From assembly GCA_963695385.1 (NCBI GenBank), contig OY968780.1, positions 263,321-327,320 on the forward strand: a stretch of 64,000 nucleotides of DNA, written 5' to 3'. Position 1 is the first letter of the stretch. Each line of letters opens with the position of its first letter. The notes beneath the pieces were generated by a model. That model had not been told where the DNA came from and did no database searches. It worked only from the letters and a program-made list of their open reading frames with translations. This document shows, piece by piece, positions 29,637-41,572 of this stretch. The position numbers were made by a program, and so were the translations under genes. The DNA comes from an uncultured Coriobacteriia bacterium (lineage in GTDB: Bacteria; Actinomycetota; Coriobacteriia; Anaerosomatales; PALSA-660).

Positions 29637-31201
29637 GCGCGGCGGGTATCCCGGGCTTGTCGCGGGCGGCTCGCGCGGGGCTGCACCTGCCGGCCTTGCT
29701 CGTGATCATGGATGGGTTCGGGCTGACGGAGGCCGGGCCGGGCAACGCCATCACGCTCGCCGCCAAGCCGAACCTGGACCGTCTGTTCGCCGATGAGCCT
29801 TGGGCGCCGGTCACGTGCTCGGGACCGGACGTAGGTCTGCCCGAAGGCCAGATGGGCAACTCCGAGGTCGGCCATCTCAACATCGGCGCCGGCCGCGTCG
29901 TCTACCAGGAACTCACACGGATCAACCTGGCGATCGCGGATGGCTCCATCATGCGCAACGAGGTACTGAGCACGGCGATGGACGGAGCGATCGCGGACGG
30001 TCGAGCGGTGCATCTCATGGGGCTGGTCTCCGACGGCGGGGTTCACAGCCACCTGTCCCACCTGTTCAGCCTTCTGAACATGGCAAAGTCTCGCGGTGCC
30101 GAAAGGCTGTTCGTCCACTGCTTCCTGGACGGCCGTGATGTCGCCCCGCGGTCGGGAGCGGGCTTTGTGGCGGAGACGGAGATGTTCCTGGAGAGCCTCG
30201 GCGTCGGCCGGATCGCCACGGTGATGGGTCGCTACTACGCCATGGATCGAGACAATCGCTGGGAGCGCGTGCAGCGTGCATGGAAGGCGCTCGTCCTGGG
30301 AGATGGGGTCAGCGCCGAAGATGCGGTGTCGGCGGTGGAGCGCAGCTACGCGAAGGACGTCACTGACGAGTTCGTGGAGCCCACCGTCATCGCCGGCGTG
30401 GACGGCCGTCTTCGTGAAGGAGACGCGGTCGTCTTCTTCAACTTTCGCCCGGACCGCGCGAGAGAGCTGACGCGGGCCGTGGTCGATCCGGACTTCAGCG
30501 GATTCGAGCGGGAGTCCTTCCCCCGAACACGCTTCGTGTGCCTTACCGAGTACGACCCCACCATCCCCGCGCCGGTCGCGTTCGCCAAGGACTTCCCACG
30601 CTGCGTGCTCGCCGACGTCCTGTCCGACGCGGGTCTGCGCCAACTCCACATAGCCGAGACCGAGAAGTATGCGCATGTGACATTCTTCCTGAACGGGGGG
30701 AGCGAGCCTCCCCGGCCGGGAGAGCAGCGCATTCTTGTGCCGAGTCCCAAGGTGCCTACCTACGACCTGCAGCCGGAGATGAGCGAGCCGGGTGTCACCG
30801 GCAGGCTGGTCGAGGCCATCGGGTCCGACACGGCGGATGTCTACATCGTGAATTTCGCCAACTGCGACATGGTGGGTCACACGGGGGTCCTTGCCGCCGC
30901 GATCGCGGCCGTGGAGGCGGTCGATGACGGTGTCGGCAAGGTCGTCGCGGCGATCCGGGCCAAGGGCGGTTCCGCGATAGTCACGGCGGACCACGGCAAT
31001 GCGGAGCGCATGATCGCCGGGGACGGCGCATCGCCTTTCACCGCTCACACGGCCGACAGCGTGCCGCTCATATGCGTCGCCCAGGGCGTGCGCTCCGTCC
31101 GCAACGGCGGGCGTCTCGCCGATGTCGCGCCGAGCCTTCTGGATGTGATCGGCCTTGAACAGCCCGCCGAGTGGACCGGCCGCAGCCTCCTGGTGAGGTA
31201 G
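29633..31201 (+). CDS. gpmI: 2,3-bisphosphoglycerate-independent phosphoglycerate mutase
   Basis: 'LLVIMDGFGL', 'MGNSEVGHLNIGAGR', 'GLVSDGGVHSH', 'NFANCDMVGHTG', 'TADHGNAE'. GTG 29633 overlaps the tpiA stop (GTGA). An internal TTG start is also possible. Confidence 0.9.
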   Translation: MSAAGIPGLSRAARAGLHLPALLVIMDGFGLTEAGPGNAITLAAKPNLDRLFADEPWAPVTCSGPDVGLPEGQMGNSEVGHLNIGAGRVVYQELTRINLAIADGSIMRNEVLSTAMDGAIADGRAVHLMGLVSDGGVHSHLSHLFSLLNMAKSRGAERLFVHCFLDGRDVAPRSGAGFVAETEMFLESLGVGRIATVMGRYYAMDRDNRWERVQRAWKALVLGDGVSAEDAVSAVERSYAKDVTDEFVEPTVIAGVDGRLREGDAVVFFNFRPDRARELTRAVVDPDFSGFERESFPRTRFVCLTEYDPTIPAPVAFAKDFPRCVLADVLSDAGLRQLHIAETEKYAHVTFFLNGGSEPPRPGEQRILVPSPKVPTYDLQPEMSEPGVTGRLVEAIGSDTADVYIVNFANCDMVGHTGVLAAAIAAVEAVDDGVGKVVAAIRAKGGSAIVTADHGNAERMIAGDGASPFTAHTADSVPLICVAQGVRSVRNGGRLADVAPSLLDVIGLEQPAEWTGRSLLVR

Positions 31202-31317
31202 GCCGAGAGGCGGTCATCGTTGAGCCGGCCGGCCGGGTCGCGTATACTCGTCCATCGCCGGTCGCCCGCGTGGTCCGGCGCCCGTTCCGAGAACAAGGAT
31301 CCAGCGAGGAGATAGCA

Positions 31318-31554
31318 GTGAACCCCATCATCATCCTGGTGATGATCCTGCACATGGTGTTCGCCGTGGGCCTGATCGTCTTTGTGCTGTTGCACTCCGG
31401 CAAGGGAACCGGCCTGTCGTCGATGTTCGGCGGGCTCTCGTCCTCTTCGTCGGGCACGACCATCATCGAGAAGAACCTCGACCGTATCACTGTCGGTCTG
31501 GCCGCGGGGTGGGCAGTGACCTCGCTGCTCTTGATGATCGTCTACAGACCCTAG
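31318..31554 (+). CDS. secG: Preprotein translocase subunit SecG
   Basis: 78 aa. Contains 'LIVFVLLHSGKGTGLSSMFGG'. GTG start after GCGAGGAG. Confidence 0.85.
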   Translation: MNPIIILVMILHMVFAVGLIVFVLLHSGKGTGLSSMFGGLSSSSSGTTIIEKNLDRITVGLAAGWAVTSLLLMIVYRP

Positions 31555-31586
31555 ACCTCCGGCACGCCCGCACATAGACCGTCGCG

Positions 31587-31620
31587 AACAGCGCCCCCAG
31601 TCGCGGGCGCTGTTTCTTCG
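31587..31620 (+). terminator. Rho-independent-type terminator after secG
   Basis: AACAGCGCCC-(8 nt)-GGGCGCTGTT followed by TCTTCG. Confidence 0.6.
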
Positions 31621-31814
31621 CCATCCGGTCCGCGCCGCGGTACTTGCGCCCGGATTGCATCAGCGCGACACTCAACACGTCATTCCATGCACTATTGGGT
31701 ATGTTCCTCAGTGCGACGGCGACCTGGTCCGGTCTCCGTCGGAGTGGCACGGGTCGGGACTCGGTGTTTCCGCACGGTGTCGATATCCGTATTGGAGTTG
31801 AGAGGGGCTGTGCA

Positions 31815-33512
31815 ATGACGAAACGTTTGCGCGGGTTGCTTGCTTTGGCCGTCGTGCTCGGTTTGGCGGCTGGGATCGCGGGTGTCGCTGGGTGCCAGCC
31901 GACCGGTACCACCGGGGGTGGCACGACCACGACCACCGGACCGGTCACGGGTGGCACGCTCACCATCGGATACGAGCAGGAGCCGCAGATACTGAACTCG
32001 TTCATCACCGGCGGCGACATGATGGCCACGAAGGACGTCGAGTCCAATGTCCTTCTCGGGCTCATCCGCATCAAGCCGGACTTCTCGTACGAGCCGATGC
32101 TCGCGGAGTCGATCCCCGATCTGGCCAACGGCGGCGTCACGGAGAACCCCTTCACCGTGACGTGGAAGCTCAAGCCGAACGCCGTGTGGAGCGACGGCGT
32201 TCCGGTGTCGGCTGACGATCTGAAGTTCACTTTCGACACGATCATGAGCGACAAGTGGCAGATCCTGTCGAGGGCGGGCTATGAGGAGATCGAGAAGGCC
32301 GAGGTCATCGACCCCAAGACCGTCAAGTTCACCTTCAAGGCCCCCTACGCTCCGTATCGCGAGATGTTCTCGGCGTCATACATGGTCCTTCCCAAGCACG
32401 CGCTGGACGGCAAGGACTTCAACAAGGTCATGAACGACGCGATCCCGGTCGCCAGCGGCCCGTTCATGTTCAAGGAGTGGAAGAAGGGCGATCACATCAC
32501 GCTGGTGCGCAACGAGAAGTACTGGGGCCAGAAGGCCTATCTCGACACAGTCGTGTGGAAGTGGGTTCCCGACACGAACACCGAGATCGCCCAGCTGAAG
32601 ACCGGCGAGGTCGACGCGGTCAACCCGTCGCCGGACCCGGCCCTCATCGATCAGTTGAAGACAGCCGGAATGGTCATGGCGGACCCGGGGACCCTCTGGG
32701 AGCACCTGGCGTTCAACGTGACCAAGCCGGACGTCTCCGACCTCAGGGTTCGTCAGGCAATCGCGTACACGATCGACCGGCAGAAGATCGTCGACCAGGT
32801 CATGCTCGGCCAGGTGAAGCCGCTGCAGGACATCTTCGTGCCTGAGCAGGCGCAGGTCTACTCGCCCTCCTGGGAGATGTACACGCCGGACAAGGCGAAG
32901 GCCGAGCAGCTGCTCAAGGACGCCGGCTACGCGAAGGGAGCAGACGGCTTCTACGCCAAGGGCGGTAAGACGCTGACTCTCGAGTTCAAGACGACGGCCG
33001 GCAACAAGGGCCGCGAGAAGGTATTCCAGATCATGCAGGCCCAGCTCAAGGAGGTCGGCATCGACGTCAAGTTCGTCTTCGAGGAGGCCAACACCTTCTT
33101 CGGCACTTCGACTCCCAACGGCAAGTTCCAGGTCGGGGAGTGGGCTTGGCTGGCCGCTCCTGACCCGAGCGTGAAGACGCTGTTCTCTTCGGAGCAGCTG
33201 CCGCCGAAGGGCCAGAACTACTACCGCTACAAGAACGCCGATGTGACCAAGTGGATCAACGAGGCGGACGCCAATGTCGACATGGTCAAGCGCGCGGAGC
33301 TCTCCAAGCAGATCTCCAAGCAGATGGCTGCCGACCTGCCTCTGATACCGCTCTACCAGCGGCTCTCGATCCTGGCCGTAAAGAACTACGTCCATGACGC
33401 CACGAACAACGCGACGCTCGAGGGCGCGTTCTGGAACCTGGGCGCATGGTGGAAGGAAGCGGGAGCCGGCGGCGCCACCGGCGGAACCGCGACCATGACC
33501 ACGACGCCCTAG
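31815..33512 (+). CDS. ABC transporter substrate-binding lipoprotein, family 5 (peptide/nickel type)
   Basis: Lipobox 'IAGVAGC', then a Thr/Gly linker and an SBP_bac_5-like body ('WSDGVPVSADDLKFTF', 'LVRNEKYWG'). Confidence 0.9.
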   Translation: MTKRLRGLLALAVVLGLAAGIAGVAGCQPTGTTGGGTTTTTGPVTGGTLTIGYEQEPQILNSFITGGDMMATKDVESNVLLGLIRIKPDFSYEPMLAESIPDLANGGVTENPFTVTWKLKPNAVWSDGVPVSADDLKFTFDTIMSDKWQILSRAGYEEIEKAEVIDPKTVKFTFKAPYAPYREMFSASYMVLPKHALDGKDFNKVMNDAIPVASGPFMFKEWKKGDHITLVRNEKYWGQKAYLDTVVWKWVPDTNTEIAQLKTGEVDAVNPSPDPALIDQLKTAGMVMADPGTLWEHLAFNVTKPDVSDLRVRQAIAYTIDRQKIVDQVMLGQVKPLQDIFVPEQAQVYSPSWEMYTPDKAKAEQLLKDAGYAKGADGFYAKGGKTLTLEFKTTAGNKGREKVFQIMQAQLKEVGIDVKFVFEEANTFFGTSTPNGKFQVGEWAWLAAPDPSVKTLFSSEQLPPKGQNYYRYKNADVTKWINEADANVDMVKRAELSKQISKQMAADLPLIPLYQRLSILAVKNYVHDATNNATLEGAFWNLGAWWKEAGAGGATGGTATMTTTP

Positions 33513-33568
33513 CCAGCGCTACTGCATTCAAGCCGCGCCGTGACGAACGGCGCGATGGCACGGTGAGA

Positions 33569-33603
33569 CAGGGCGGCCGCTCCCCCGCGGAGCGGCCGCC
33601 CTG
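33569..33603 (+). terminator. Perfect 15-bp hairpin between the binding-protein and permease genes (intra-operon attenuator/stabiliser type)
   Basis: CAGGGCGGCCGCTCC-cccgc-GGAGCGGCCGCCCTG. Confidence 0.5.
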
Positions 33604-33707
33604 ATTCGTGCATGCTAGACTTGGCCGGGTTGTTGCATGGACCGTGCAGGGCACGGTTCCGTCGCCGCATAGCCCCCGCGACCGGCCGCGAGAGGAAGCA
33701 CGACGAG

Positions 33708-34727
33708 TTGAGACTCATCCGGTTGTTCTTCTCTCACCTGCGGGAGTTGGCCCCGTTCATAGTCCGGCGCATCTTCTACAGCGTCGGAGTGGTGGCGCTG
33801 GTGGCCGTGATCGTCTTCGCGCTGGTCTCGATCTCGGGCGACCCTCTGGCCAACCTTCGTGAGAACCCGAGGATAAGCCGCAAGGACATCGCCCGCATCG
33901 AACGCACGATGGGCTTGGACAAGCCGAAGTACGTGCAGTTCGGCTACTGGCTGCGCGACTCCGTTCGCGGAGAGGGTGAGTGGTCCAGCAGCTTCTCGTA
34001 TCGGGCACCGGTGTTCCCCATCATTTGGGACCGTTTTCAGAACACGGTGGTGCTGATGTCCGTCACCGTGCTGGTGTGTCTGATCGTCGCCATACCGCTC
34101 GGCATCTACTCGGCGCTGAGGCAGTACTCCAAGATCGACTACACGGTCACTGCGCTGTCGTTCTTCGGGCTGTCGATGCCCGTGTTCTGGTTCGGCCTGA
34201 TCCTGCAGCTCGTTCTTGGCTTCTACCTGATGCAGGCGCTCGGCCTTCGCGAACCTCTGTTCTACACCGCGAGCATGTACACCACGGGGATGGAGGGCGA
34301 CCTCATGAACCGTCTTCGTCATCTCGTGTTGCCTGTCATGACCCTGTCGCTGGCGACCGTGGCGGGCTGGAGCCGCTATCAGCGCTCATCGATGCTGGAT
34401 GTGCTCAACCAGGACTACCTGCGGACAGCGCGTGCCAAGGGACTGCCCGAATGGCGCGTGATCGGCAAGCACGCCCTGAAGAACGCGCTGATCCCCGTTG
34501 TCACCATCGTGGCGATCGATCTTGCATACCTGCTCGGCGGCGCGGTCGTGACCGAGACGATCTTCGCCTGGCCCGGAATGGGCCGTCTCTTCGTCCAAGC
34601 GCTCGAGCAGAGGGACTTCCCGATGGTGATGGGGACGGTCATCTTCACGTCCCTGATCCTTGTGGCGTTCAACCTGCTCGCCGACGTCGTCTACGGGTTC
34701 CTCGACCCGCGAATCCGCCAGGAGTAG
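33708..34727 (+). CDS. ABC transporter permease (DppB/OppB-like)
   Basis: 'FIVRRIFYSVGVV...' and the EAA-type loop 'DYLRTARAKGLPEWRVIGKHALKNA'. Start uncertain (TTG 33708 after GAGAGGAAG; the ORF opens at 33612). Confidence 0.88.
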   Translation: MRLIRLFFSHLRELAPFIVRRIFYSVGVVALVAVIVFALVSISGDPLANLRENPRISRKDIARIERTMGLDKPKYVQFGYWLRDSVRGEGEWSSSFSYRAPVFPIIWDRFQNTVVLMSVTVLVCLIVAIPLGIYSALRQYSKIDYTVTALSFFGLSMPVFWFGLILQLVLGFYLMQALGLREPLFYTASMYTTGMEGDLMNRLRHLVLPVMTLSLATVAGWSRYQRSSMLDVLNQDYLRTARAKGLPEWRVIGKHALKNALIPVVTIVAIDLAYLLGGAVVTETIFAWPGMGRLFVQALEQRDFPMVMGTVIFTSLILVAFNLLADVVYGFLDPRIRQE

Positions 34728-34735
34728 CGATCAAG

Positions 34736-35743
34736 ATGCCCACGGATCCCAGACAGCCCATCGACCGGTCCACGGAGATCGATCCGTTCGACACGGTCAA
34801 GACGCGCAACGGCAAGACGATCCCGCTCGAGGGACTCGATCGCAGCCCGTTCGAACCCGGGGGCGAGCTCATCTACGTCGCCGGCCGGACCCAATCTCAG
34901 ATGTTCTGGCAGCGGTTCAAGAGACACAGGCTGGCGGTGGTCGCCGCGTGCGTGCTCCTCCTCCTGTACGGCATCGCCATCGTGGGCCCATACATCTCGC
35001 CGTATCAGTACGACAGGATCGAGTACACGGGCGCTCTGCCCCCCACGGTCCAGCACCCTCTCGGGACCGACGAACTTGGCCGGGACGAGGCGACCCGCCT
35101 CATCTACGGGGGACGCGTCTCTCTCATGGTCGGTCTGGTGGTCGCGGTTCTGTCCGCTGGGATCGGAACCGTCGTCGGCATGACAGCCGGCTACTACGGC
35201 GGCAGGCTCGACAATGCGCTCATGAGATTCACCGACATGATGCTCGCGCTGCCACTTCTGCCCCTGCTGATGGTCGCGGGGCTGGTATTTCGAGACATCG
35301 GCTGGAGCAGCCTGGCGGCGATCGTGTTGATCCTGGGTGTGCTCGAATGGATGTCAGTGGCCAGGCTGGTCCGCAGCTCCTTCCTCGCGCTTCGCGAGAA
35401 GGAGTTCGTCGAGGCGGCGCGTGCCATGGGCGCCTCGGACTGGCGCATCGTGTCGAGGCACCTGCTCCCGAACTCCATCGCACCCATCATCGTCAACACG
35501 ACCCTTGTGGTCGGTTCGGCGATCATCATCGAGTCCGTGCTGTCCTTTCTCGGCTTCGGGATCCAGCCGCCGACTCCCAGCTGGGGAAACATGCTCACCG
35601 ATGCGAAGTCGACCATGGTGCTCTACCCCTGGCTGATGTGGGGACCGGGCACTGCGATCGTTCTCACCGTCCTGTCGGTCAACTTCCTGGGCGATGGGCT
35701 GCGCGACGCTCTCGACCCGACGCAGATAAGGGTGCGGGAGTAA
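34736..35743 (+). CDS. ABC transporter permease (DppC/OppC-like)
   Basis: 'PLGTDELGRDEATRLIYGGRVSL' and 'EFVEAARAMGASDWRIVSRHLLPNS'. Confidence 0.9.
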   Translation: MPTDPRQPIDRSTEIDPFDTVKTRNGKTIPLEGLDRSPFEPGGELIYVAGRTQSQMFWQRFKRHRLAVVAACVLLLLYGIAIVGPYISPYQYDRIEYTGALPPTVQHPLGTDELGRDEATRLIYGGRVSLMVGLVVAVLSAGIGTVVGMTAGYYGGRLDNALMRFTDMMLALPLLPLLMVAGLVFRDIGWSSLAAIVLILGVLEWMSVARLVRSSFLALREKEFVEAARAMGASDWRIVSRHLLPNSIAPIIVNTTLVVGSAIIIESVLSFLGFGIQPPTPSWGNMLTDAKSTMVLYPWLMWGPGTAIVLTVLSVNFLGDGLRDALDPTQIRVRE

Positions 35744-35747
35744 CGCA

Positions 35748-36875
35748 GTGGCGGACAGGGACATCATCTCCGGTGATGTCGCGTGCGTCCCCAGACGCGC
35801 GCGTGGAGACACGGTCCTCGAGGTCGACGACTTGCGGACGCATTTCGACACCGACGAGGGCACGGTCAAGGCGGTCGACGGCGTCTCCTTCCGGCTCGCC
35901 GGGGGTCAGACGCTCGCGATAGTCGGCGAGTCCGGCTCAGGCAAGACCGTCACCGCTCTCTCCGTCCTGGACCTCCTGCCCAAGACGGCGAAGATCGTGA
36001 GCGGAAGCATCCGGCTCGAAGGCCGCGAACTCGTCGGCATCGCCGAACGAGACATGCGAAGGATCCGCGGCGCCGAGATCGCGATGATCTTCCAGGACCC
36101 TCTAACGGCGATGAACCCCGTCTACACGATTGGCAACCAGATCGTCGAGGCGATCCGGCTCCACCGCGGGATGACCCGGGATGGGGCACGCGAAGAGGCG
36201 ATCGCAGCGCTGCGTCGTGTGGGCATCCCTGAGCCATCGCGTCGCATCGACGAGTACCCGCACCAGCTGTCGGGAGGGATGAGGCAGCGCGCCATGATCG
36301 CCATGGCCCTGTCGTGCTGCCAGAAGGTGCTCATCGCCGATGAGCCCACGACCGCTCTCGATGTGACGATCCAGGCGCAGATACTCTCCCTCATGGCCGA
36401 CCTGCAGAAGGAGCTGGGTATCTCCATCATCCTGATAACCCACGACCTCGGTGTGGTCGCGGAGATGGCGGACAGCGTGCTTGTCATGTACGGCGGCCGG
36501 AAGGTCGAGTACGCCGCGGCGACCGAACTGTTCGAGAACTCCATGCACCCCTACACGTGGGGTCTGCTGCGCTCGCTGCCACGTCTGGATGTGCACGCCG
36601 GAGAGGTGCGCCTTCTGCCGATCCCGGGCGTGCCGCCCTCGCTGATACACCTGCCGGAGGGGTGCCATTTCTCGCCCAGATGCCGGTTCCGGAAGGAACG
36701 CTGCTTCCGTGAGTACCCCGAGCTGCGGGAGGTCGTCCCCGGCCACTGGTCTGCTTGCCATTTCGCCGAGACGCTCCCCGACCACAACGGGGGGCCTCCC
36801 GAAGCAGTGCGTCAGCATGTCGAACTGATCGCGAGTCCTCAGCCCACTCCGCATCCCGAGCGGAGGTTCGAGTAG
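35748..36875 (+). CDS. ABC transporter ATP-binding protein (DppD/OppD-like)
   Basis: Walker A 'GESGSGKT', signature 'LSGGMRQR', Walker B '[11 protein letters not shown]', and a C-terminal oligopeptide-type Cys motif. Confidence 0.92.
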   Translation: MADRDIISGDVACVPRRARGDTVLEVDDLRTHFDTDEGTVKAVDGVSFRLAGGQTLAIVGESGSGKTVTALSVLDLLPKTAKIVSGSIRLEGRELVGIAERDMRRIRGAEIAMIFQDPLTAMNPVYTIGNQIVEAIRLHRGMTRDGAREEAIAALRRVGIPEPSRRIDEYPHQLSGGMRQRAMIAMALSCCQKVLIADEPTTALDVTIQAQILSLMADLQKELGISIILITHDLGVVAEMADSVLVMYGGRKVEYAAATELFENSMHPYTWGLLRSLPRLDVHAGEVRLLPIPGVPPSLIHLPEGCHFSPRCRFRKERCFREYPELREVVPGHWSACHFAETLPDHNGGPPEAVRQHVELIASPQPTPHPERRFE

Positions 36876-36877
36876 AC

Positions 36878-37912
36878 GTGGGGGAGATCCTGCGAGTCGA
36901 CAACCTCGTGAAGCATTTCCCCATACGGGGTGGAGTTCTCAATCGCCGCGTCGGCGCCGTGCAGGCGGTGGACGGCATCTCGTTCTCCGTCAGCGAGGGA
37001 GAGACTCTGGGCCTCGTCGGCGAGAGCGGGTGCGGAAAGTCGACGACTGCTCGACTGGCCCTGAGGCTGCTCGAGCCGACGGCGGGGTCCGTGACCTTCG
37101 AGGGTCAGGACATGTTCACGCTTCCGTCCGACCAGATGCGGCGACTGCGCCGTGACGTGCAGATCGTCTTCCAGGATCCGTACGCTTCACTGAACCCCCG
37201 CATGACTGTCGGGAACATCATTCGGGAACCGCTTGTGATCCACGACATCGGAACCGTCGACGAGCAGAAGGATCGCGTCAAGGACCTTCTCAAGACGGTG
37301 GGGCTGAACCCCGAACACGTGGATCGCTACCCGCACGAGTTCTCGGGAGGTCAGCGGCAGCGCATCGGCTTCGCGCGGGCTCTCGCCACCAGACCGCGAC
37401 TGATCGTGTGCGACGAGCCGGTCTCGGCGCTGGACGTCTCGATCCAAGCCCAGATCATCAACCTCCTTGAGGACCTGCAGGACGAATTCGGGCTTACGTA
37501 CCTCTTCATCGCGCACGACCTTGGCGTGGTGAGGCACATCTCCGACAGAGTGGCCGTGATGTATCTGGGCAAGATCATGGAGATAGCGCCGGTGGCGCTG
37601 CTCTACGAACAGCCTCACCATCCATACACTCAGTCCCTGTTGTCCGCCGTGCCCGTGCCGAATCCGGCCAAGCAGCGCGCCAGGCAGAGGATCATCCTGG
37701 CCGGGGACGTGCCCAGTCCCATCGACCCCCCGACCGGGTGCCGGTTTCACACACGATGTCCGATCGCGCAATTCCCGATCTGTGCCGCCGAGGAGCCCGT
37801 CTTGCGCGAGGTCGCCGGCGGTCAGTCGGCGGCCTGCCATTTCGCCGCGCCGTTCCCGATCACCCCGGGTTCGAACGGAGAGGCGAGCGACAGGAATGTG
37901 TCGGCACCGTAG
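36878..37912 (+). CDS. ABC transporter ATP-binding protein (DppF/OppF-like)
   Basis: 'GESGCGKST', 'FSGGQRQR', '[11 protein letters not shown]', '[12 protein letters not shown]'. Confidence 0.92.
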   Translation: MGEILRVDNLVKHFPIRGGVLNRRVGAVQAVDGISFSVSEGETLGLVGESGCGKSTTARLALRLLEPTAGSVTFEGQDMFTLPSDQMRRLRRDVQIVFQDPYASLNPRMTVGNIIREPLVIHDIGTVDEQKDRVKDLLKTVGLNPEHVDRYPHEFSGGQRQRIGFARALATRPRLIVCDEPVSALDVSIQAQIINLLEDLQDEFGLTYLFIAHDLGVVRHISDRVAVMYLGKIMEIAPVALLYEQPHHPYTQSLLSAVPVPNPAKQRARQRIILAGDVPSPIDPPTGCRFHTRCPIAQFPICAAEEPVLREVAGGQSAACHFAAPFPITPGSNGEASDRNVSAP

Positions 37913-38020
37913 CCTTCGGGGCTACCCTGTGGACCGATGCGTCGCAGGTCAGCGCGCGTGTCCGGCGTCTCGAGCGTGTGCTATACTTCCGTCTCGCGCT
38001 GGCTCCCGGCGCTGACAATC

Positions 38021-38106
38021 GTCCGAGTGGCGGAACGGCAGACGCGCTAGGTTGAGGGCCTAGTGAGGGCAACCTCGTGGGGGTTCAAATCCCCCCTCGG
38101 ACACCA
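38021..38106 (+). tRNA. tRNA-Leu (anticodon GAG)
   Basis: Acceptor stem GTCCGAG/CTCGGAC. Anticodon stem CTAGG/CCTAG with loop TTGAGGG. Long variable arm. T arm GGGGG-TTCAAAT-CCCCC. The 3' CCA is encoded. Confidence 0.9.
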
Positions 38107-38115
38107 GCACAGATA

Positions 38116-38152
38116 CCGCAGCCCCCGTCGTTCCTCCGGGGGCTGCGGCTTT
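38116..38152 (+). terminator. Hairpin terminator after tRNA-Leu
   Basis: CCGCAGCCCCCG-(9 nt)-CGGGGGCTGCGG followed by CTTT. Confidence 0.55.
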
Positions 38153-38326
38153 CATGTGGCGCTCCGCAAGATACCTTCCCGACGGACGGCAGCTCGATTC
38201 CGGCCTCCTACGCGGGGGGATAAGTGAGGGGGGCCGATGCCGGCGCGGCTTCGTCCCGGGGTGATCGGATGGTCGCGCCGGAGTCGCCACAGACACTCAA
38301 GCCGGCGCGGGAAGGAGGGATCGAGC

Positions 38327-39976
<1,650 letters not shown>

Positions 39977-40012
39977 GTCCGCTCGCAGTCCCTCACTGGG
40001 CGTCGCGGCGTC

Positions 40013-41362
40013 CTAAGCGGCTGGCCATCCACCCGTTGCGGGGATGTCGGCGACGGCGGGCATCGCGCCGTCCTCGTCGAAGCGATCGGCGGTCCGGTAG
40101 GGCCAAGCCGAGGCGAGAAGAAGCACGGACCCAGCTACCCACGCCGCGGGAATCGAAACGGCGCGGCTCATCCAGCCGAGTGCCGGCTGACCGCCCGTGC
40201 CTCCTATGTCGCCGAAGAGGGCGTCAAGCGAGAGGACGGTCGCCCGCTGGGACGCTGGCACGTGGTCGTTGATGAATGATTGCCGCACCGGGAGAGCGAT
40301 CCCGTTGACGAAGCTCATCGCGATCCAGAAGCCCATCACGGCCAGGAATGGGATCAGGCCCCGGTCCTGCGGCAATAGAGCCACTCCGACGAGCCCGGTC
40401 CCCAGCGCCGCGAGACCCGACGCGGCGGTCAAGGTTGCGAGCACCCGTCCCGGTCGACGCCGGCCGGCGGGCCCCCTCATGGCACGTCCGACCAGCGTGT
40501 TGCCGATGACGCCGGCGAGCGCTCCCGCGGCGGTGCCGGCGGCCGCGACCCACACGATGTCGCGCCCGAGTGCCTGCAGCAGGTACGGCTGCAGGGAGTA
40601 GAAGGCGTACCACATGAACAAGGCCGACAAAGCCGACTGGAAGAGGAGAGGCCTCACGACCCGATTGCGCCATCCATACCTGGTCCCCTCCCGCAGGACG
40701 GTCCCCACCTCCGCGCCGACCGTGCGGAAAGTGAGCGGGCGCTTCTCGAATCCCAGGTCGCGCATCGCGACCGCCACGAACACGAAGCAGGCCACGAGCA
40801 GTGCGGCGCGCGCCAAGAATGGCCAGGCCAGGTCGAATCCTCCGAGAAAGCCGCCGAGCAGAACACCGACGACCATGGAAGTCTCAGAAGCGATCCCGCC
40901 CCATGCGAAGACCCTCTCCTTGGGCCCCTCCCAGCCGGTGTGGTCGAGCGCGTCGACCAGCCACGCGTCCACCGCCCCGGTCTGGAAGGTCCAGCCGATC
41001 GCCAGAAGGATGGATCCGCCGACGAAGCCCGGAATCCCCCAGGCGTAATTTCCGGCCGCGACGTAGAGCAGCGTGGACACGACCAGTAAGGCGATGCTGA
41101 TCAGATAGGACGTCTTCCGGCCTATCGTGTCTGCGACGACTCCCGTGGGCACCTCGAAGATGACCTGCGTGACGGTGAAGGCCGTGTTCACAAGCATCAC
41201 CTGGAAGATGTCCAGCCCCGTCGCGAGCAGATAGAGCGTCGTGACGCCCCAGATGAGCGAAGCGGCCAGGGTGCCGATGACTGTGGAGCCCAGGTAGGCG
41301 ACGATGACGCGCTGCCGTGGATCGACTGCGCTCACGTCAGGGACCGTGCCAGCACGCGACAT
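40013..41362 (-). CDS. MFS transporter
   Basis: About 12 hydrophobic segments. 'GVVADTIGRK' is an MFS loop 2-3 motif. Start taken at MSRAGTVPD; the ORF extends to 41542. Confidence 0.8.
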   Translation of the reverse strand: MSRAGTVPDVSAVDPRQRVIVAYLGSTVIGTLAASLIWGVTTLYLLATGLDIFQVMLVNTAFTVTQVIFEVPTGVVADTIGRKTSYLISIALLVVSTLLYVAAGNYAWGIPGFVGGSILLAIGWTFQTGAVDAWLVDALDHTGWEGPKERVFAWGGIASETSMVVGVLLGGFLGGFDLAWPFLARAALLVACFVFVAVAMRDLGFEKRPLTFRTVGAEVGTVLREGTRYGWRNRVVRPLLFQSALSALFMWYAFYSLQPYLLQALGRDIVWVAAAGTAAGALAGVIGNTLVGRAMRGPAGRRRPGRVLATLTAASGLAALGTGLVGVALLPQDRGLIPFLAVMGFWIAMSFVNGIALPVRQSFINDHVPASQRATVLSLDALFGDIGGTGGQPALGWMSRAVSIPAAWVAGSVLLLASAWPYRTADRFDEDGAMPAVADIPATGGWPAA

Positions 41363-41572
41363 CCTCGCTTCGCTTCGACACCCGTGTTCTTCGTGGATGT
41401 TCCCAACGGCAGCGGCGTGCACGCATCCCCACCACTCCGGCAGGTTGCGCGAAGTCATCCGCCACGGCATGGCAGGGGTCGACCGCGTGCGATAATGTCG
41501 TCGCGTCAGCGCCGTTGTCGCGCCACGACCAGCCTTCGCCATCTGCCTGAGATCCGGCGCCTGGGAGCCCTC

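Noticed and set aside
31745-31759. TGGCAC-GGGTC-GGGA as a sigma-54 promoter upstream of the ABC operon
   Set aside because: There is no TTGC at the -12 position. Only the -24 hexamer matches, which is expected by chance.
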